A stretch of 64,000 bases of DNA from Octopus bimaculoides. Its lineage: Eukaryota. Position 1 is the first letter of the stretch. Each line of letters starts with the position of its first letter. The DNA is taken from contig NC_068988.1 of the NCBI RefSeq assembly GCF_001194135.2, positions 51,482,689-51,546,688 on the forward strand. Reading direction: 5' to 3'. Under the pieces are notes generated by a model. That model had not been told where the DNA came from, made no database searches, and saw only the letters and a program-made list of their open reading frames with translations. Shown here piece by piece: positions 1 through 13,871 of the stretch. A program made the translations under genes and the position numbers.

Positions 1-721
1 CTCTTGAATTCTGCTTACCCCACCCCATAAGTTTCTTGCAGACATTGACCCACAAGTGTCAAAGTGAACTTCAACTGCACCAGCCTCACTAAAATGACTC
101 TCTTGTTAAAGAAAAGGCAGAGGTGCCAATTGATTACCAACGTACTGTTTTTTCAGACACTATAGCAAAATTAGTGCAAACATTGTGGTATTGTTCCCAC
201 ATCTGTCTCAGATGTGGGAGCCTTTTTAACCATATCCAGAAATGGGTCACCTAGTTGATTGGTATAAAGTCACAGACATGATCTAGATTCTAACCTGCAG
301 TTACAGTGCCCTCTCTCGCTCTCATACTCCATTCTTTAGAGCTGGCTGGACTCATACAACCTTCACTCAGGCATGCCCAGCCTCCTTGTCTCTCTCTCTC
401 CTTCATTCATCCCTTTTGTTTCCTTTGCCTAGATCTTGTGTTAATCTTTACATCCAGTCCTTCTCAGAATTTTGGCCCTTAGGCTCTCTGTCTCTGCTCA
501 TGACTTTTCCCACAGATACTGACTTTCAGTTGCTTAAAAGGAACATAAATATCACTGGTCTCAGATGGCCTGAAATAGCCAGAAGTAATGTCTCTTCCCT
601 CAAATCCAATAGAAAAAATAAGAAAATCCTGTTCAAAATCTGGTGCTTTCCAGTTTAGTATTACTAAGATGCAAATTAATTGTTCAATATTTTCTCTGGA
701 ACAATGTAACTTAAATCGTGT

Positions 722-1098
722 CTTTTACTTGTTTAAGTCATTTGACTGAGGCCATGCTGGGGCACTGCCTTTAGTCGAACAAATCGACACCAAGACTTAT
801 TCTATCAATCTCTTTTTGCCAAACTGCTAAGTTATGGGGATATATACATGCCAACATTGGTTGCCAAGCGATGGTGGTGGGGGCTAAACAGACATACAAG
901 CATATACACACACACACATACACACACACACACTCAACTGGCTTCTTTCAGTTTCCATCTACTAAATCCACTCACAAAGCTTTGGTCGGCCCGTGGCTAT
1001 AGTTGAGAACATTTGTCCAAGGTACCACGCAGTGAGACTGAACCCGGAACCATGTGGTTGGTAAGCAAGCTACTTACCGCACAGCTACTCCTGCACCT
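722..1098 (-). mobile_element. SINE family A (tRNA-like head, internal microsatellite, conserved 3' module ending gtcaaatgactgaaacaagtaaaaga)
   Basis: Same modular sequence recurs more than 12 times in the window. Confidence 0.88.
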
Positions 1099-1734
1099 AT
1101 ATGTACAATTATGCTCACCACATTTGAGACCGTTACCAAAAAATTCCATTCCTTATAGCTTTAACTGTTGTCATTTTATCTTCTTTAGAAGAACAGTTGA
1201 CAATCAATCAATCAAAATTCTTGAGTCAGCTGCATCCATGAATAAGTTTTTCAAACTAAAACTACTGCGTATACTTGTCAAAAAGTCAAATTTTTTTAGC
1301 CCATTTTTGTAAGATCAAATTTATGGGGTCAACTATTACATGGCTACTACTTTTCAGGGGCTGAAATTGAAGCTAGAATCCGAAGTGCTGTGTCAGCAGT
1401 TGAAGCCCAACTGATGTCTAAGCAAATAAAAACAAGAACATAATGAATTACAGTAATATTCCCAATTCTATGCATCAAAACACACGTCCTAGTAAATAAC
1501 AAAACCCATAAACAAGACTGTGTAGCTCTTATAAATATTTACACTTTCTCTTTTATTTGTATCCATCAAACTTAACAGACTAGCTTAGTGAAATCAATTT
1601 ATATCTCATAATTGTTATGGTACCACTGGTAACATATCTACCCGGTACCGGCATGCCACTACCTACTTGGCCTGTTTCAAAAAATGTTGCAGAATGTCAT
1701 GTCCAGAACATGGTGTAGAGTTGTTAATCTGGGG

Positions 1735-2033
1735 CATGGATTCCCAAAGTGTGTTCTGCAAAACCCCAGGGTTCCCTGAAAGTTATCAGGGGTTCCATGT
1801 TTTTAAAAATAATGTTGAAGGATTCTGTGAGAACTACTTATCTGGCGATTAACTAAATGGTTTTAGGTTTACGGAAGTCATGTCTCTGTACAAATTCATA
1901 CATGAATTCTGTTGTTTGCTGATAGTGCTGGCTGTGAAACACGTTTCTCACCATGTAAACAGACAAGCGTATAACACATGCGTTTATTGTATTTGGAGAT
2001 GAGGAAAATATAAAGGTCGCATAGGAACCACTG
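1735..2033. mobile_element. hAT-type MITE
   Basis: Degenerate TIRs catggattcccaa / taggaaccactg; 8-bp TSD-like atctgggg (1727-1734) / atctagcg (2034-2041). Confidence 0.6.
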
Positions 2034-2439
2034 ATCTAGCGATTACTTGAATGTTTTTAGGCTAATCAAGGTCATGCCTTTATATGAATTCAGACAGTGG
2101 CGTTTGCCAATGTTTGCCATTAGTACTGTCTGTGAAACACATTTCTCACCATGTAAACATGATGCATGTGTTTATTGTGCTTGGAGATGTATGCAGGCTT
2201 GCAGCATATCCTGTGCATTCATTTTAGTAATGGTGATGTAGCACCCATCAACAGATGTGTAGTGCTGGCTATTAAATGGTGTTTTACAAAAAGCAATGAG
2301 CATTCCACTATAAGCACCAAGCAGTCCACCCATAGAGCAGACTACAGTAAGGTAGCCACACAATTTTGTAGCTGTTATTTCTATGTACAGGAGAATATGG
2401 TACCTTGACCCACAAACGTTTTGTTGTTCGTGAAATATT

Positions 2440-2546
2440 AGGGTCAATTTTTTTATACGGGGTCTATGGAAAATTCTCAATTTTTTGATTAAAAGTAGGG
2501 GATTGACTTTTACATGAGATCGACTATTACTTGAATATATATGGTA
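2440..2546. mobile_element. Single end of a Tc1/mariner-superfamily non-autonomous element
   Basis: gattgacttttacatgagatcgactattacttgaatatatatggta resembles GTCGACTTATAC..GAGTATATACGGTA-type ends terminating in TA. Partner end not found. Confidence 0.4.
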
Positions 2547-3714
2547 AATACATTTTTTTGTTACATAAGACTTGTGTACATTACTTACAACAACTTGATC
2601 TGTCAGATATAGCAGCCAAATCTCCCTCATATACCTTTTACTTATTTCAGTCATTGGACTGAAGTCATTTTGGGGCAACCACATTGACAGGTTTTTTGTC
2701 AAACAAATCAATCCCAGCCCACCCACCTTCTTTTTTCGTTTGTTTTTAGTCTAATCCTTATTGTATCTGTCACTTTTACTGAACTGCTAAGTTACAGGAA
2801 TGTAAACAAACCAACACAGGTTGTCAAGTGGTGTTGGGGAACAAACACAGACTCAGCACATACCTACTTATATATACACTCTTACAGTGGGCTTCTACAT
2901 AGTTGCCATCTTCCAAATTCATTCACAAGATAGAGAATGTAACCCTAGTTATACAGGAAGACAAGATGGTCATGTTTGGAACACTTTTGATCACAAGTTT
3001 GTTCATTCAGAGGCTGACTTGAAGCAATATAACCAATGAAGCAACTGTGCCTTTAACAAAATTTGATGACAGTGCTTTTGTTGAGTAAAGTAAAAAATAT
3101 ATTCTTGAAAACTTGTTTTATAAAAATAATAATAATGATAATATTAAAACGGAAGAGTAAAGAAAGTGGTTATATTTTTAGTGATGTTTACCATATTTAT
3201 GTATATATGATGCAAATAATGCTATACTAGAATGAAAGATCAAAGTCGGAGGCTCATAGTTTATATGAGGTTAAATATATAACTTTTTTTTTTCACTAGT
3301 ATCTTCAATCTTTCCTATTAACAAGATCATGGCTGCTGCTTGAATTCTCAATAACTCAAAACTGTTTATAGTTTGGTTTATTTTATTAAAGTTTAATTTG
3401 GTATTTAATTTATAGAACATAATATGCTACCATTTGGTTGTCATATTTTTGGAACTATGTATTTGTTGTGTATATTAAAGTATAGAAATAAAAATAAAAA
3501 AATTTACTAATCAATATGGCAAGACATTTTAAGTGCGATTTATTCTCTGAACATTTCTATTTTTCTATCACTATTCATTCTTCTACATTTACTTAGTGTT
3601 TTTTTATTCATTTATTTGTTTATTTATTTTTTTTGTCAGTGCTGTTTCAGCAAATACAGTGCTGTCTTTGCTTTATGGAAAACATCAAAATATTATTATC
3701 TAATGACTAGGCAT

Positions 3715-4085
3715 AACGATGGCTGTGTGGTAAAAGGTTTGCTTCCCAACCACATGGTTCCAGGATCAGTTCCACTACATGGCATCTTGGGAAAGTGTCT
3801 TCTACAATAGCCAAAGGCTTGTGAATGGATTTGGTTGATGCAGACTGAAAGAAGTCTATACATAAATGTGTGTGTGTGTGTTGCTCTCTCCTTGTCTTGA
3901 ATTTGTGTGACAGTATCCTTCATTTCCAGTCTTCCATGTGAAACATTTGGTCATGGGGAAATATTTCCTTACTTGGATATAAAGTGAGAGTTGGCGACAG
4001 GAAGGGCGTCCAGCAATAGAAAAATCTGCTTGAGGAAACTCCGTCTGATTCATGCAAGCATGGAAAAAGTGGATGGAAAACTATT
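3715..4085 (+). mobile_element. SINE A head joined to an alternative 3' tail (...catgcaagcatggaaaagtgg)
   Basis: Head matches family A; tail matches 6170-6370, 28540-28770 and 35180-35370. Confidence 0.75.
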
Positions 4086-4222
4086 TTGACTGTTGTTTCT
4101 TCTTCACAGTATAATTTTTTTCTTGTGACTTTTGAATGTTGTATATTTTTTGATAACACAAAGTTCAATGGACTACATTTAACAGGAGCTTATATACAAG
4201 CATACAATCCTATCAAAATGAG

Positions 4223-4271
<49 letters not shown>

Positions 4272-4399
4272 CTGTGTATCATACTTAATGCAGATATACT
4301 GTAAAAAGTTGGAAACTGCAGTATATATCTCAAGAAAGTATCTTGTGTGAATGTATACATCTACATGAGATGTTTTCTTGAGATGAATATGATGCACAG

Positions 4400-4540
4400 A
4401 ATGCTGTGTGGTAAGAAACTTGCTTCCCAACTGCATGGTTCTGGGTTCAGTCTCACTTCGTGGCTGGCATCTTGGGCAAATGACTTCTACTATACCCTTC
4501 TGAATGGATCTGGTAGACAGAAACTGAAAGAAACCCATCA

Positions 4541-4574
<34 letters not shown>

Positions 4575-4722
4575 CGTTTACATCTCTGTAACTTAGCAGT
4601 TCAGCAAAAAAGACTGATAAAATAAGTGCTAGACTTAAGAAATAAGTCATAGGGAAAATTTGTTCAACTAAAAAGCCCTTCAGAGTGGTGCTCCAGCATA
4701 GCCACAGTCAAACGAGTGAAAC
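4400..4722 (+). mobile_element. SINE family A
   Basis: Head, (TG)(TA) microsatellite and 3' module all present. Confidence 0.85.
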
Positions 4723-4780
4723 ACGGAAAAGAATATATACATACGTAAATACATTTACACATATACACATATACACACAT

Positions 4781-4811
<31 letters not shown>

Positions 4812-5057
4812 TGCAATCAGAATTGAACCATGCAATAACTACTGCAAATCATTGTTTGAAACTAAAAAAACTCATATCACATTTTGTAACATGTCAAAAA
4901 TTTGCTTATATACTAAATTGTTAGTCATTGGCCTTCACATTCAAAAACATTCACACATGTTTATATTGTGTTTGTTTCTTTTTCTTTTCTTTTTTTTTCT
5001 TTTTTTCTCTAATGCCATGAAATAAAATTACATTTTTTATTCTGCTTCATTTACCAG

Positions 5058-5100
5058 GGTCAATCGCAGGTCTCGAGAATCCACATTACAAAATCGAAAA
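5058..5100 (+). CDS. RNF220: RNF220 exon 1 in window: (g)VNRRSRESTLQNRK
   Basis: Acceptor ttaccag|, donor |gtaagt. Ends in phase 0, matching the next exon. Peptide is weakly conserved, so the call rests on splice signals and phase. Confidence 0.7.
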
Positions 5101-8100
5101 GTAAGTGTTTTTTTCAAAACTTTCTTTCTTTACCATTTTTATAGATTAAATTTTTTTTTTGTAATTTTAGATTTTTTTTTTAATGCTGAATATGTATTTT
5201 ACACACACAAATATATGATGGTTGTCCACTCTTGTCCAAGGAAGACCACTGCTAACCATTATTAAGAACATTGTACACTCAGACAAATTCATATTTTACA
5301 CTTGTGGCTCTGCTGGTGACTAATGAGCCTAATTCTTTAACACATATATACACACACGTACATATATAGTGGCGGGGAGGGCATATAATTACTCCACTTT
5401 TTCAAATACTTCCCTCCACTTGGGCTTTTCTCTTGTCCCCTTTTTGTCTTCTTTCCTGTCTTGTAAGTTACTTGACAACCCCACTAGTGCCTGTGGCCCA
5501 AAAAAAGCACCCAGTACACATTGTAAAGTGGTTGGCACTAGGTAGGGCATCCAACCATAGGAACCATGCCAAAGCTGACATGGAACACAATGCATCCCTG
5601 TGGCTCACTGTATCCTGTCAAACCAAGGCCTATAAATTTCGACCCATACATCATTATTTGAGTGACCAGGTATCTTTGGATAAAACTCCTACATAACCTT
5701 TGATTTGGTTACAGAAACCACTCATGGAAATAACAACTTCTCCAGTTGATTTTCCATTAATTCAATCTATCTTCATTTCATTTCTCATTGCTTTCCTCTC
5801 CTGCGGTAGATTACATAATACTGCTCACATATTCCCTATTGAATTGACTGTTGCTTTAGTTGTTGGTATTGCATTTGGTTATATGCATGTTTGGATTACT
5901 CCTCATCCTTTGTTTAGGTTTTATATACATGTATGTACAACATGATTCTGAGTTTGGCAACCATCTTCTACTATAGCCCCAGAACAATCAATGCCTTTTC
6001 AACAGATTTAGTTGACAGAAACTGAAAAAAGTTCATTCTGCATATGCATGTGTGTTAAATTTTTTTTTTTTTTAGGACCCCTTCAAGAAATTTACTGAGA
6101 AAAGGCATTGCTAACTAATTTTTTCTGTTCTGTAGTATGTGTGAATGAAGGTATATGTATGTGTGTGAATGTGTTTGTGTATGCTTGTCTCTCTTGGTCT
6201 TAACATCGTGTGACAGTTGTAAATGAGTGTCCCTGTCAAACAGTGTTATTCATTTCCAGTATTTTGGAAATAGATGAGGATTGGTGGCAGGAAAGGTATG
6301 CAGCCATAGAAACTTTACTTCGATAAATTCCAACCAACCCTTGCAAGCTTGTAAAAGTGGGCACTAAAATACACTGGTATATTATAGTTCCTTTTTTGTC
6401 ATCATTGTCTTTTTTAGTGTCTGTTTTTCTATGCTTACATGGGTTGGATGGCTCAACCCAAGCTGGCAAGCCAGAAGGCTGCATCAGGCTTCACTGTCTG
6501 TCTTGGCGTGGTTTTTGTGGCTGGATGCCCTTCCTAACTGCATCATCTACAAAATGGACTGTCCTTTTTTTTTTTTTTTACATAGCACCAGCACTGGTGG
6601 GATCAGTTTTGGTGCTGGTGCCATGTAAAAAAATTTTTTAACATACACTGTTTTGGCTTTAGAAAAAATATTTAAAACACACACACACACACACACACAC
6701 AATTTATGTATTATGTATCTCTCCTACATTTGAAATGCTACTGGGGTTAAAATTAACGGATTTTTTATCAAGCAATATGTGGTACTTGTGCTCAGGTGAG
6801 AAATGATACCTGATTTGCACTATGAAGTTCCTTTCAATCTTTGTCTCCCACATTACTTACAGTGACTTGATCTAGGTAATGATTTAGGTTTGTTTTTTTT
6901 TTATTCCTTGAGCAGCAGATTTTTTTTTTTTTTACTTTGGGATGCTTGGTGCCTAGTTTGATATTCTCTATCTATAAGCTAGATACTTGCTTTGGTTCTT
7001 ATAAGGCTGGTCACTTTCTGCTGTGCATGTATGTGTGTATCATCATCATCAGCATATATCTACTTTCCATGTTTGCATGATGGCTTCATACTGCACTCAG
7101 GATTTGTTTATTTGTTTGGTAAGTTTTTCCTTGCAAGCATGGGTTGGACAAATACATATTGAGGCATTATTTACAGCCGTATTCCTTTCCTGTCTCTAAC
7201 CTTTACTTGTTTTTTTTTATTCCATTTGTCTTCAAAAGCACAGAGCTAGTGGATAATTTTGTTGTCAGGTAATGCCAAAAACTACACCATTTTTAGCTCA
7301 GTGCTTTCATGTGACATGTAAAATGTAAGCCTTTGCCCTGACATATGACAGCTTCCATATGGTTTCCATGTATTATCTTCTGTGGCTCAGAAACTCACTA
7401 AGATGTACTCTTTGTATATTCATGTACATCAAGCATTGGCTTCAATGTGTGTGTGTGTGTATTATTTAGTTCTTCATATACTTAAACATGATTATTAAAG
7501 TGCTAAATAGATGTTTCAGTTATTTTCAATAATATTTAGAGACAGATTAAGTCAACAGCTTTTATATATTCTCATAATATTTGTACCTCCTTCCAGTTAT
7601 TACTCAAGTGAATTTGCCAAAATTAATTACCTACCTATCTGTGAAATTTTAATGTCATCTATCTACTTAATTGCTGTTTCTTTAGCATATGTCTAATTTT
7701 CTTTTTTCATCATCGTCATCGTCGTTATTATTATTATTAGTAGTAGTATTATTTTTGTGTTATCAGTTATTTGATTAGCAGCAGTTCAAACCATACTGTT
7801 TTCTATGTTCATTTTGTCACTTCTTAATATTTTCAGGATATTGAAAATCGTTGAATAGTCTTCTGTGAATGTGATATTTCTTAAGTTCTAGCCAACATTT
7901 GTGTATATGGTGGTGGTGATGGGGGATGGTTTAGCTTCTTTGTTCTCTTCTTGCTCTGGCCATCTATTTTTATTTCTTTTTCTTTTTTTGGGGGGGGTTG
8001 TTTTTCCTCTTTTACTTGTTCCTTGTCCTTTTCTTACTTTATTATCGTTTTGATTATCATTTTATGTAATGAAGATATCAAGTTGATCAAAACAATATTT

Positions 8101-9102
8101 GGCTGATTGAATATTTTCCTTCGCATTCAATTTTTGACAGGGTCAGTTATGACTTTTCATTTCCCCTGCGGCACTACTATACATACCAGTATAAAAATAA
8201 TGATAGGTTTGTTAATAGCAACTACACTTTCCCTCTCGTCATCATAAAAATTATTATTAAAAGTTGTAATGCTTAATGTTGCTCTTCACCAAGCATAAGT
8301 CTTTGTAATGTAATGAATATATTTGTTTTTAATATATGGAACAGTTAGTTTTAAACAGTGTTAATGTACATTAGTAGGACCACCAAAATGTGTGATTTGA
8401 TATTGGGAGCAGGAGGATTGGAGAGCTGTTTTCTATTTGGTTTGAACATTTATAGCTATTATTGATATGTTACAGTGACACAAGGCAATAATCAATAAAA
8501 TCAACTCCAGTACAAGACTCCTATGTATTTTACCAACCTTGGATGATGAAGGCAAAGTTGACCTCCATTATAAAGGGATATGACTTGCATTTTGCTGGAC
8601 TCTCTTGATTCTGCCATCCACCACCATCCTCACAGGGCCTTCAAATTTGTTGTAGAGAGATGTTGAAGGGTACATGGCTGGTAATTATTTTGTCAATTCT
8701 GCTAGAATATGAAAGCAAAAATCCTGTCCCTAGTTGAAGCTGAATTGAGAACAAAAAAAAAAATGTAACTAGATACTGGAATAGCACTCTGCTATTTTTG
8801 TCATTCCACTGCTGTTATTGATAACTGCTACTGAGGTGAAGTAAAATATTTTATTGATGTCATATGGTAATATCATTGATTATCACATGGATTTATTAGA
8901 TATGAATAGATGATGTACAGCAGCTAGTTGATGAAATATGCCTGAAGCAATGGTTTTTTTAGATCTCTCGTCTGAAGATATCTTGGTGCACCGCTTCCTA
9001 TTGCGGTGATCCGTAAGACATAGTTTCTCTGTCTCACCCACTTGTCTTGGAGAACAACTACAAAAGGTCATAAATACTGCCTTGTCTCCTCATATCAATT
9101 CA

Positions 9103-9297
9103 TTAACCCTTTTGATCAAGCTTCTTGTTTTCAAGTAACCAAAATTTTAAAATTCCATTGAAATTTCATGTTAATTTATGACCTAAGCCCCATCATAATA
9201 ATGACAAAGCTATTTTTACCAAATACTTCATTATTGTAGAAATTAATAGAGCTAAAAGCAGTGCATTTCCACAGAAATTTGTTAACAAAAGGGGTAA
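9103..9297. mobile_element. piggyBac-type MITE
   Basis: TTAA-CCCTTT ... AAAGGG-GTAA (degenerate TTAA). Confidence 0.65.
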
Positions 9298-9829
9298 TGA
9301 GAGAATAAGTTCAAACTCTGTTCAAAATATATTATATCTCTTGATGAAGGATATTATTTATTGAGTCTCAGAATAGATAGTCGTCTTAGTTTACAATCTA
9401 GTGTTATTGCTATTTGGGAATACAAAACAGATGTCTAAATCTTTATTATCTGCTTTAGAGAATTACTATTAGTGGAAAGACTTCATGTAAGAGAATTCAG
9501 AAACTCTCCTGGGGGAATTTGTCCATTTTGATAACTCTTTAGTGCTTAGAATATTTTCATGGTAGTGTCATAATATTGCTACAACAAATAGAAGACCAGA
9601 AAAACAATAAGAAATTATTGACTTCAATTGAAGTCACATAAGTCACTATTTAATAGCTAGAAATTGTTGCTGTTTAGTCTAGTGGAGAGAACTAGTTCCT
9701 ATTACTTGTATACTAGATTCTGTTGTTGTCAATGTAGTTTAATTTTCAGACTGAATTTCTGTAAGTGTTTGTAAGTAGGGCAAGAAGATTCCCTGCTCCT
9801 AGTGAGTTACCACCATCACCATCATCATC

Positions 9830-10040
9830 ATCATCATTTAATATCTGTTTTCCATGCTGGCATGGGTTGGATATTTTGTTGGGATCTGGTGAGCTGCAGT
9901 ACTGTCTCAAGCTCCAATGCCAGCATTGGCATGATTTCTGTGGTTGGATGCCCTTCCTAACATTGATCGCTCTACAGTGTGTACTGGGTGCTTTTTCATA
10001 CCATTGGCACTAGTGAGGTCACTGAGTAGCTTGCAAGATG
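9830..10040 (-). mobile_element. Older retroposon family G (ggatgcccttcct core, (GAT)n tail)
   Basis: Related copies at ~5440-5620, 6410-6620, 11170-11270, 30270-30410 and 36900-37080. Confidence 0.7.
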
Positions 10041-11914
10041 GGAAAAGAACAGGAAAATGTACCCCTACCCTAAGTGATGGTGCAGAACGTGATTTTATGT
10101 CAGGTGTAGAGAAGTTTAAGTATGACAGAAGGACAAGCACAGATGTCTTGCTGTTGAGAAGATACTTGGCTACTCTGCATTATATAAAGGTGGGAGTAGC
10201 TGGAAAGAAAATAAGCATGATAGTGATGGGGTGCCAGAACAAACTCTTAAACTATAAGCATGAAGCACTGGACAAAGTATTTAGTATGGCACCTAAGGAA
10301 TGAGGTATTAGTATTGGATGGAAGTGATGGAGGGGGTTCGCTTACTAATTCACTAAGCGGGCACTTCTTTAATACCTGCTCAAGCACATAGTATGAGTGT
10401 GCTAGTGGTTGGATCTCCCCCCACCCTCAATCAAGATGCAGGTTTTCATTTTTTTTTTTTTTTTTTTTTTTTTTTCAAGGGACCCCTTGTTTTCAGAATA
10501 TTTGTGTATCAGCTCCACTGTGAGCAATATATTAACATCGACCACAGTTGTTCTTCAAGTAGAGTCAGCAACAGTTCAGAGTTGAAGTATTTTCTGTCCT
10601 TGAAGGAACAACTTAGCCTCCAGCAATGGACAAGTAACATTTTAAATGTTTTTAATCACAAATGAAATGAAAGAAAACAAATACTGATGATAAACATATT
10701 CAGAATGAAACAATTGATTTATGCTTCTTTTACTAATGTCAATAGATGGCTAAGATCACTTAAAGCAAACTTAAATTGTTCACTTGATGAGAGTATAATG
10801 TTTCTGTATGTCACTAGTTTCTGTTTAAACACAAAGCTATTTTCTCACCATCTTTCTCTCACCTCTCCCTTACACACATGAAGTAGATAAAGTAAGAGTC
10901 AGAAGATGTCATGGGAGGAATTTTTGGCTCAGATAAATGCACTGTTATTTGATGCTGTTAATTTAAGGAGGCTTTTACTAGCTATCATCTAAAGAGCAAG
11001 GTGAGTGATAGATGAGCTTGAAATATCTGAATAAATATGAAACTCTTCAATGAAAATGTATTGCTGTGTGTCCTGGTAATTAATAACTGTTTTAGCATCC
11101 TTTCTTTTTCTTCTTCTCCATGTTGGCGTAGGTTGGAAAGGTCTGCCAGAAAGCACATTGTCACTTGTCTCAACCTTTTATGGTTTTTATAAGCTTACTG
11201 GATGCTTTTTTGTGGCACCAGCACCTGTGCAATCACCAAGAAACTCGTAAGACAAGACCCCTCAACTGCTACCTGCTCTGTTATTTTCTTTTGACAGCAA
11301 ATGCTACTTTTTCATCCAACAATAATCTATCAGTCTCATCACATGACTACTAGCACAGTCTTGTCTCTCTCTTTCTCTCTTTGTACATCACCTGATACCG
11401 TCACTGTCCATTCTAGTGTCTCAATTCACTTGTGTTCCACTTAACATCAAGTTATATCCTGTAATGATAAATTGATTAGAAAACTATTTATGAAGAACAG
11501 CTGACCGTCTGTCATTGAAATTATTCTTTGAAGGTATAAAAGCTGTTAAGATCATTAAAAACAAGTAACTCAGCAAGTTCTATGTGAGAACAACTTCTTC
11601 AAACATCACCTTTACTGTTTTTTTAATATCTTAGTCATAGGAGGAGGAGCAGCTCCTGCACACTGGTGTATGGAAACCACTGCTTTTCAATGCATTGCTA
11701 AATATTTTTTATTCCTATTTTCCGTAATGGCTTGGTCTGGAGAGAAAGGGCAGCACCATTACATTTTCCAAAGGAACTGAGATTGGTAGGAGGCAAAGAG
11801 GAAGTTATTTTCAAACTGGAACTTGGGCTCATATTCTTGCAACACTGAAGACTTGACTTAACATCTAAAGAGCAGGTGGCTATGTTAAACTGGGAGACAC
11901 ACCAACACCTGTTG

Positions 11915-12127
11915 ACAAGTGGGCATCAAACAAATGCACGTGCACACACATAAACACGCACACACATGCATAGGTTTCTTTCAGTTTCTGTACCAAATAC
12001 ATTCACAAGGCTTTGTTTGGCCTGAAACTATAGTAGAACACGTTTGTCCAAGGTGCCACATGGTGGAACTGAACTGAGAACCATGTCATCTAGAAGCAAA
12101 CTTCTTACATTACAATACCTGCACCTA
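11915..12127 (-). mobile_element. SINE family A (head half)
   Basis: Reverse-complement match to the family A head. Confidence 0.75.
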
Positions 12128-13150
12128 TGTATATGCCTTTTTCTTTTTTTTTTCTTTTTTTTTTTTGTTTGAGATTATGTGATTTTAGAAATCAAAATTT
12201 TGTTTTCCCTGCATGAAGTAGGTATTTATACCTGAGTATCCTTACTAACATTACCACCAAATCATGGAGTAAGGATGACCATTATTTTTAACTAGTTTTA
12301 TTTAGCTGTGAGATCTGCTTTGACTAATGTCACAATATAGTTCCACACTAAAAAATACTCAATCATTATACTTTTTATAGACATAAGTATTTATATACAT
12401 GTATGTATATATCAATTTGAATATATTTGTGTGTTTTTTCAAATGGCTGTATGTAATGTGTATTACATGTTTGCCTCTGTTATGTATATTTAATGGCTTT
12501 CTTTATAATGTATATACATTTAATGACTATTATGATGTATTTATATTTAATGTAAGTTTTTGTTTTGTGTGTGTATATTGTTTGTTGCAATGACTATTGA
12601 AGGACTGTCTCTAATGTATGTCTGACTGTGTTAGATGTTTAATAGCTGTCAATATAAGTCGTCACTGCTGTGATCATCTCCCTAAAGCACTTGTTACTAG
12701 TTAATCATTCTAGATAGATGTGATATTGTTTCAGCAGTTGTCAGTAATGGGATGTTAGTTAATGCTTCCCGTAATAATATGGTATTTAATGTCCATCTTT
12801 ATTTTGTCAGTTTAATACATCATTTAGCTTTAAGTAGTTGCTACCTTATATAGCATATTAACTGCTTCTCAGGGCTTTTAGTTGAAATACATATTTATCT
12901 AGTCATCCAGTGGAAGTGTTGCTACTCCTCTATAACATTATAAATATATTTTAATATAGCAGTATAAATTTATCACACTATTAACCACTTTCCTTGTATG
13001 TTTCTGTCAATATTATGCTTCAGATAGACCAATTGAAAAACTTGTTCTAAATAGAAATGCATAAGATGAGGTTCAATGAATCTATTCTGCTCTAGAAATA
13101 ACAAGTATAAAGATGTTAAAGTTTTAATATATTTATGATCAATTTTTGTT

Positions 13151-13308
13151 CATCACTCCTTTGTTTCTCTTTTTTTCTTTTTGTCATAAATACTATTTTC
13201 TTTCACTTTTTCAGAATCTTATATNNNNNNNNNNCATCACTCCTTTGTTTCTCTTTTTTTCTTTTTGTCATAAATATTATTTTCTTTCACTTTTTCAGAA
13301 TCTTATAT
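13151..13308 (+). other. Assembly artefact: 74-bp overlap duplicated across a 10-N gap
   Basis: 13151-13224 equals 13235-13308 except one SNP (tactatt/tattatt). Confidence 0.85.
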
Positions 13309-13379
13309 GCCAAAATCCATTGGGTCGAAAAGGCAAAGACTCTCCTACTATAGAAGCAGCTTCCCAGCAGAGATATGAG
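13299..13379 (+). CDS. RNF220: RNF220 exon 2: NLICQNPLGRKGKDSPTIEAASQQRYE
   Basis: Long pyrimidine tract + ttttcag|, donor |gtatct; 81 nt, phase 0-0. RYE precedes TYQR as RYQ precedes TFLR in vertebrate RNF220. Confidence 0.88.
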
Positions 13380-13871
13380 GTATCTATAAAGATAAACTGA
13401 TAGATACCATATTTGAAGGCATAAAAGACACACCCCAATTTCAGGAACACATATTCAGGGGAGAAAAAAGTTTTTAGTGCATTAAAAGCTTGTAATGCAG
13501 TCCCAATTTTGCATACAGGACCAGGGGTGACTTTTATTTCTCTTTGAGACATTTTCTTGGGGGTTGAAATGTGTTTTTTTATGCCATTAAATGTGGTAGT
13601 TCTTATACTATCCAGTGTTATTACTTAAATGTTATATTTTCCTATTCAATTTTTTTTTTCTTCTGTTTAAGGTTTGGAGAGTTCTGTAAATTTTAATATT
13701 TTCTTTATATTGTTGAAGCAAGTATTTCTTTCTTATATTTAAATGTATCAGTATATATATTCTTTTATTCTTTTCAGCCTTAAGCCTAGGCTGTGGCCAT
13801 GCTAAGGCACTGTATGTGTATGTGTGTGTGTGTATATATCGATATATATATATATGTATGTATGTATGTAT

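Noticed and set aside
1-5057. Upstream RNF220 exon encoding the CPICQ...ELE segment
   Set aside because: Looked for and not found; it presumably lies 5' of the window.
8900-9030. C/D-box snoRNA candidate (TGATGA...CTGA) and adjacent caccgc/gcggtg stem
   Set aside because: Box spacing is short, there is no terminal stem, and the putative guide did not match rRNA segments I could recall.
10040-10330. 119-aa ORF or RT fragment
   Set aside because: The first half is a SINE, and the rest has no recognisable motif.
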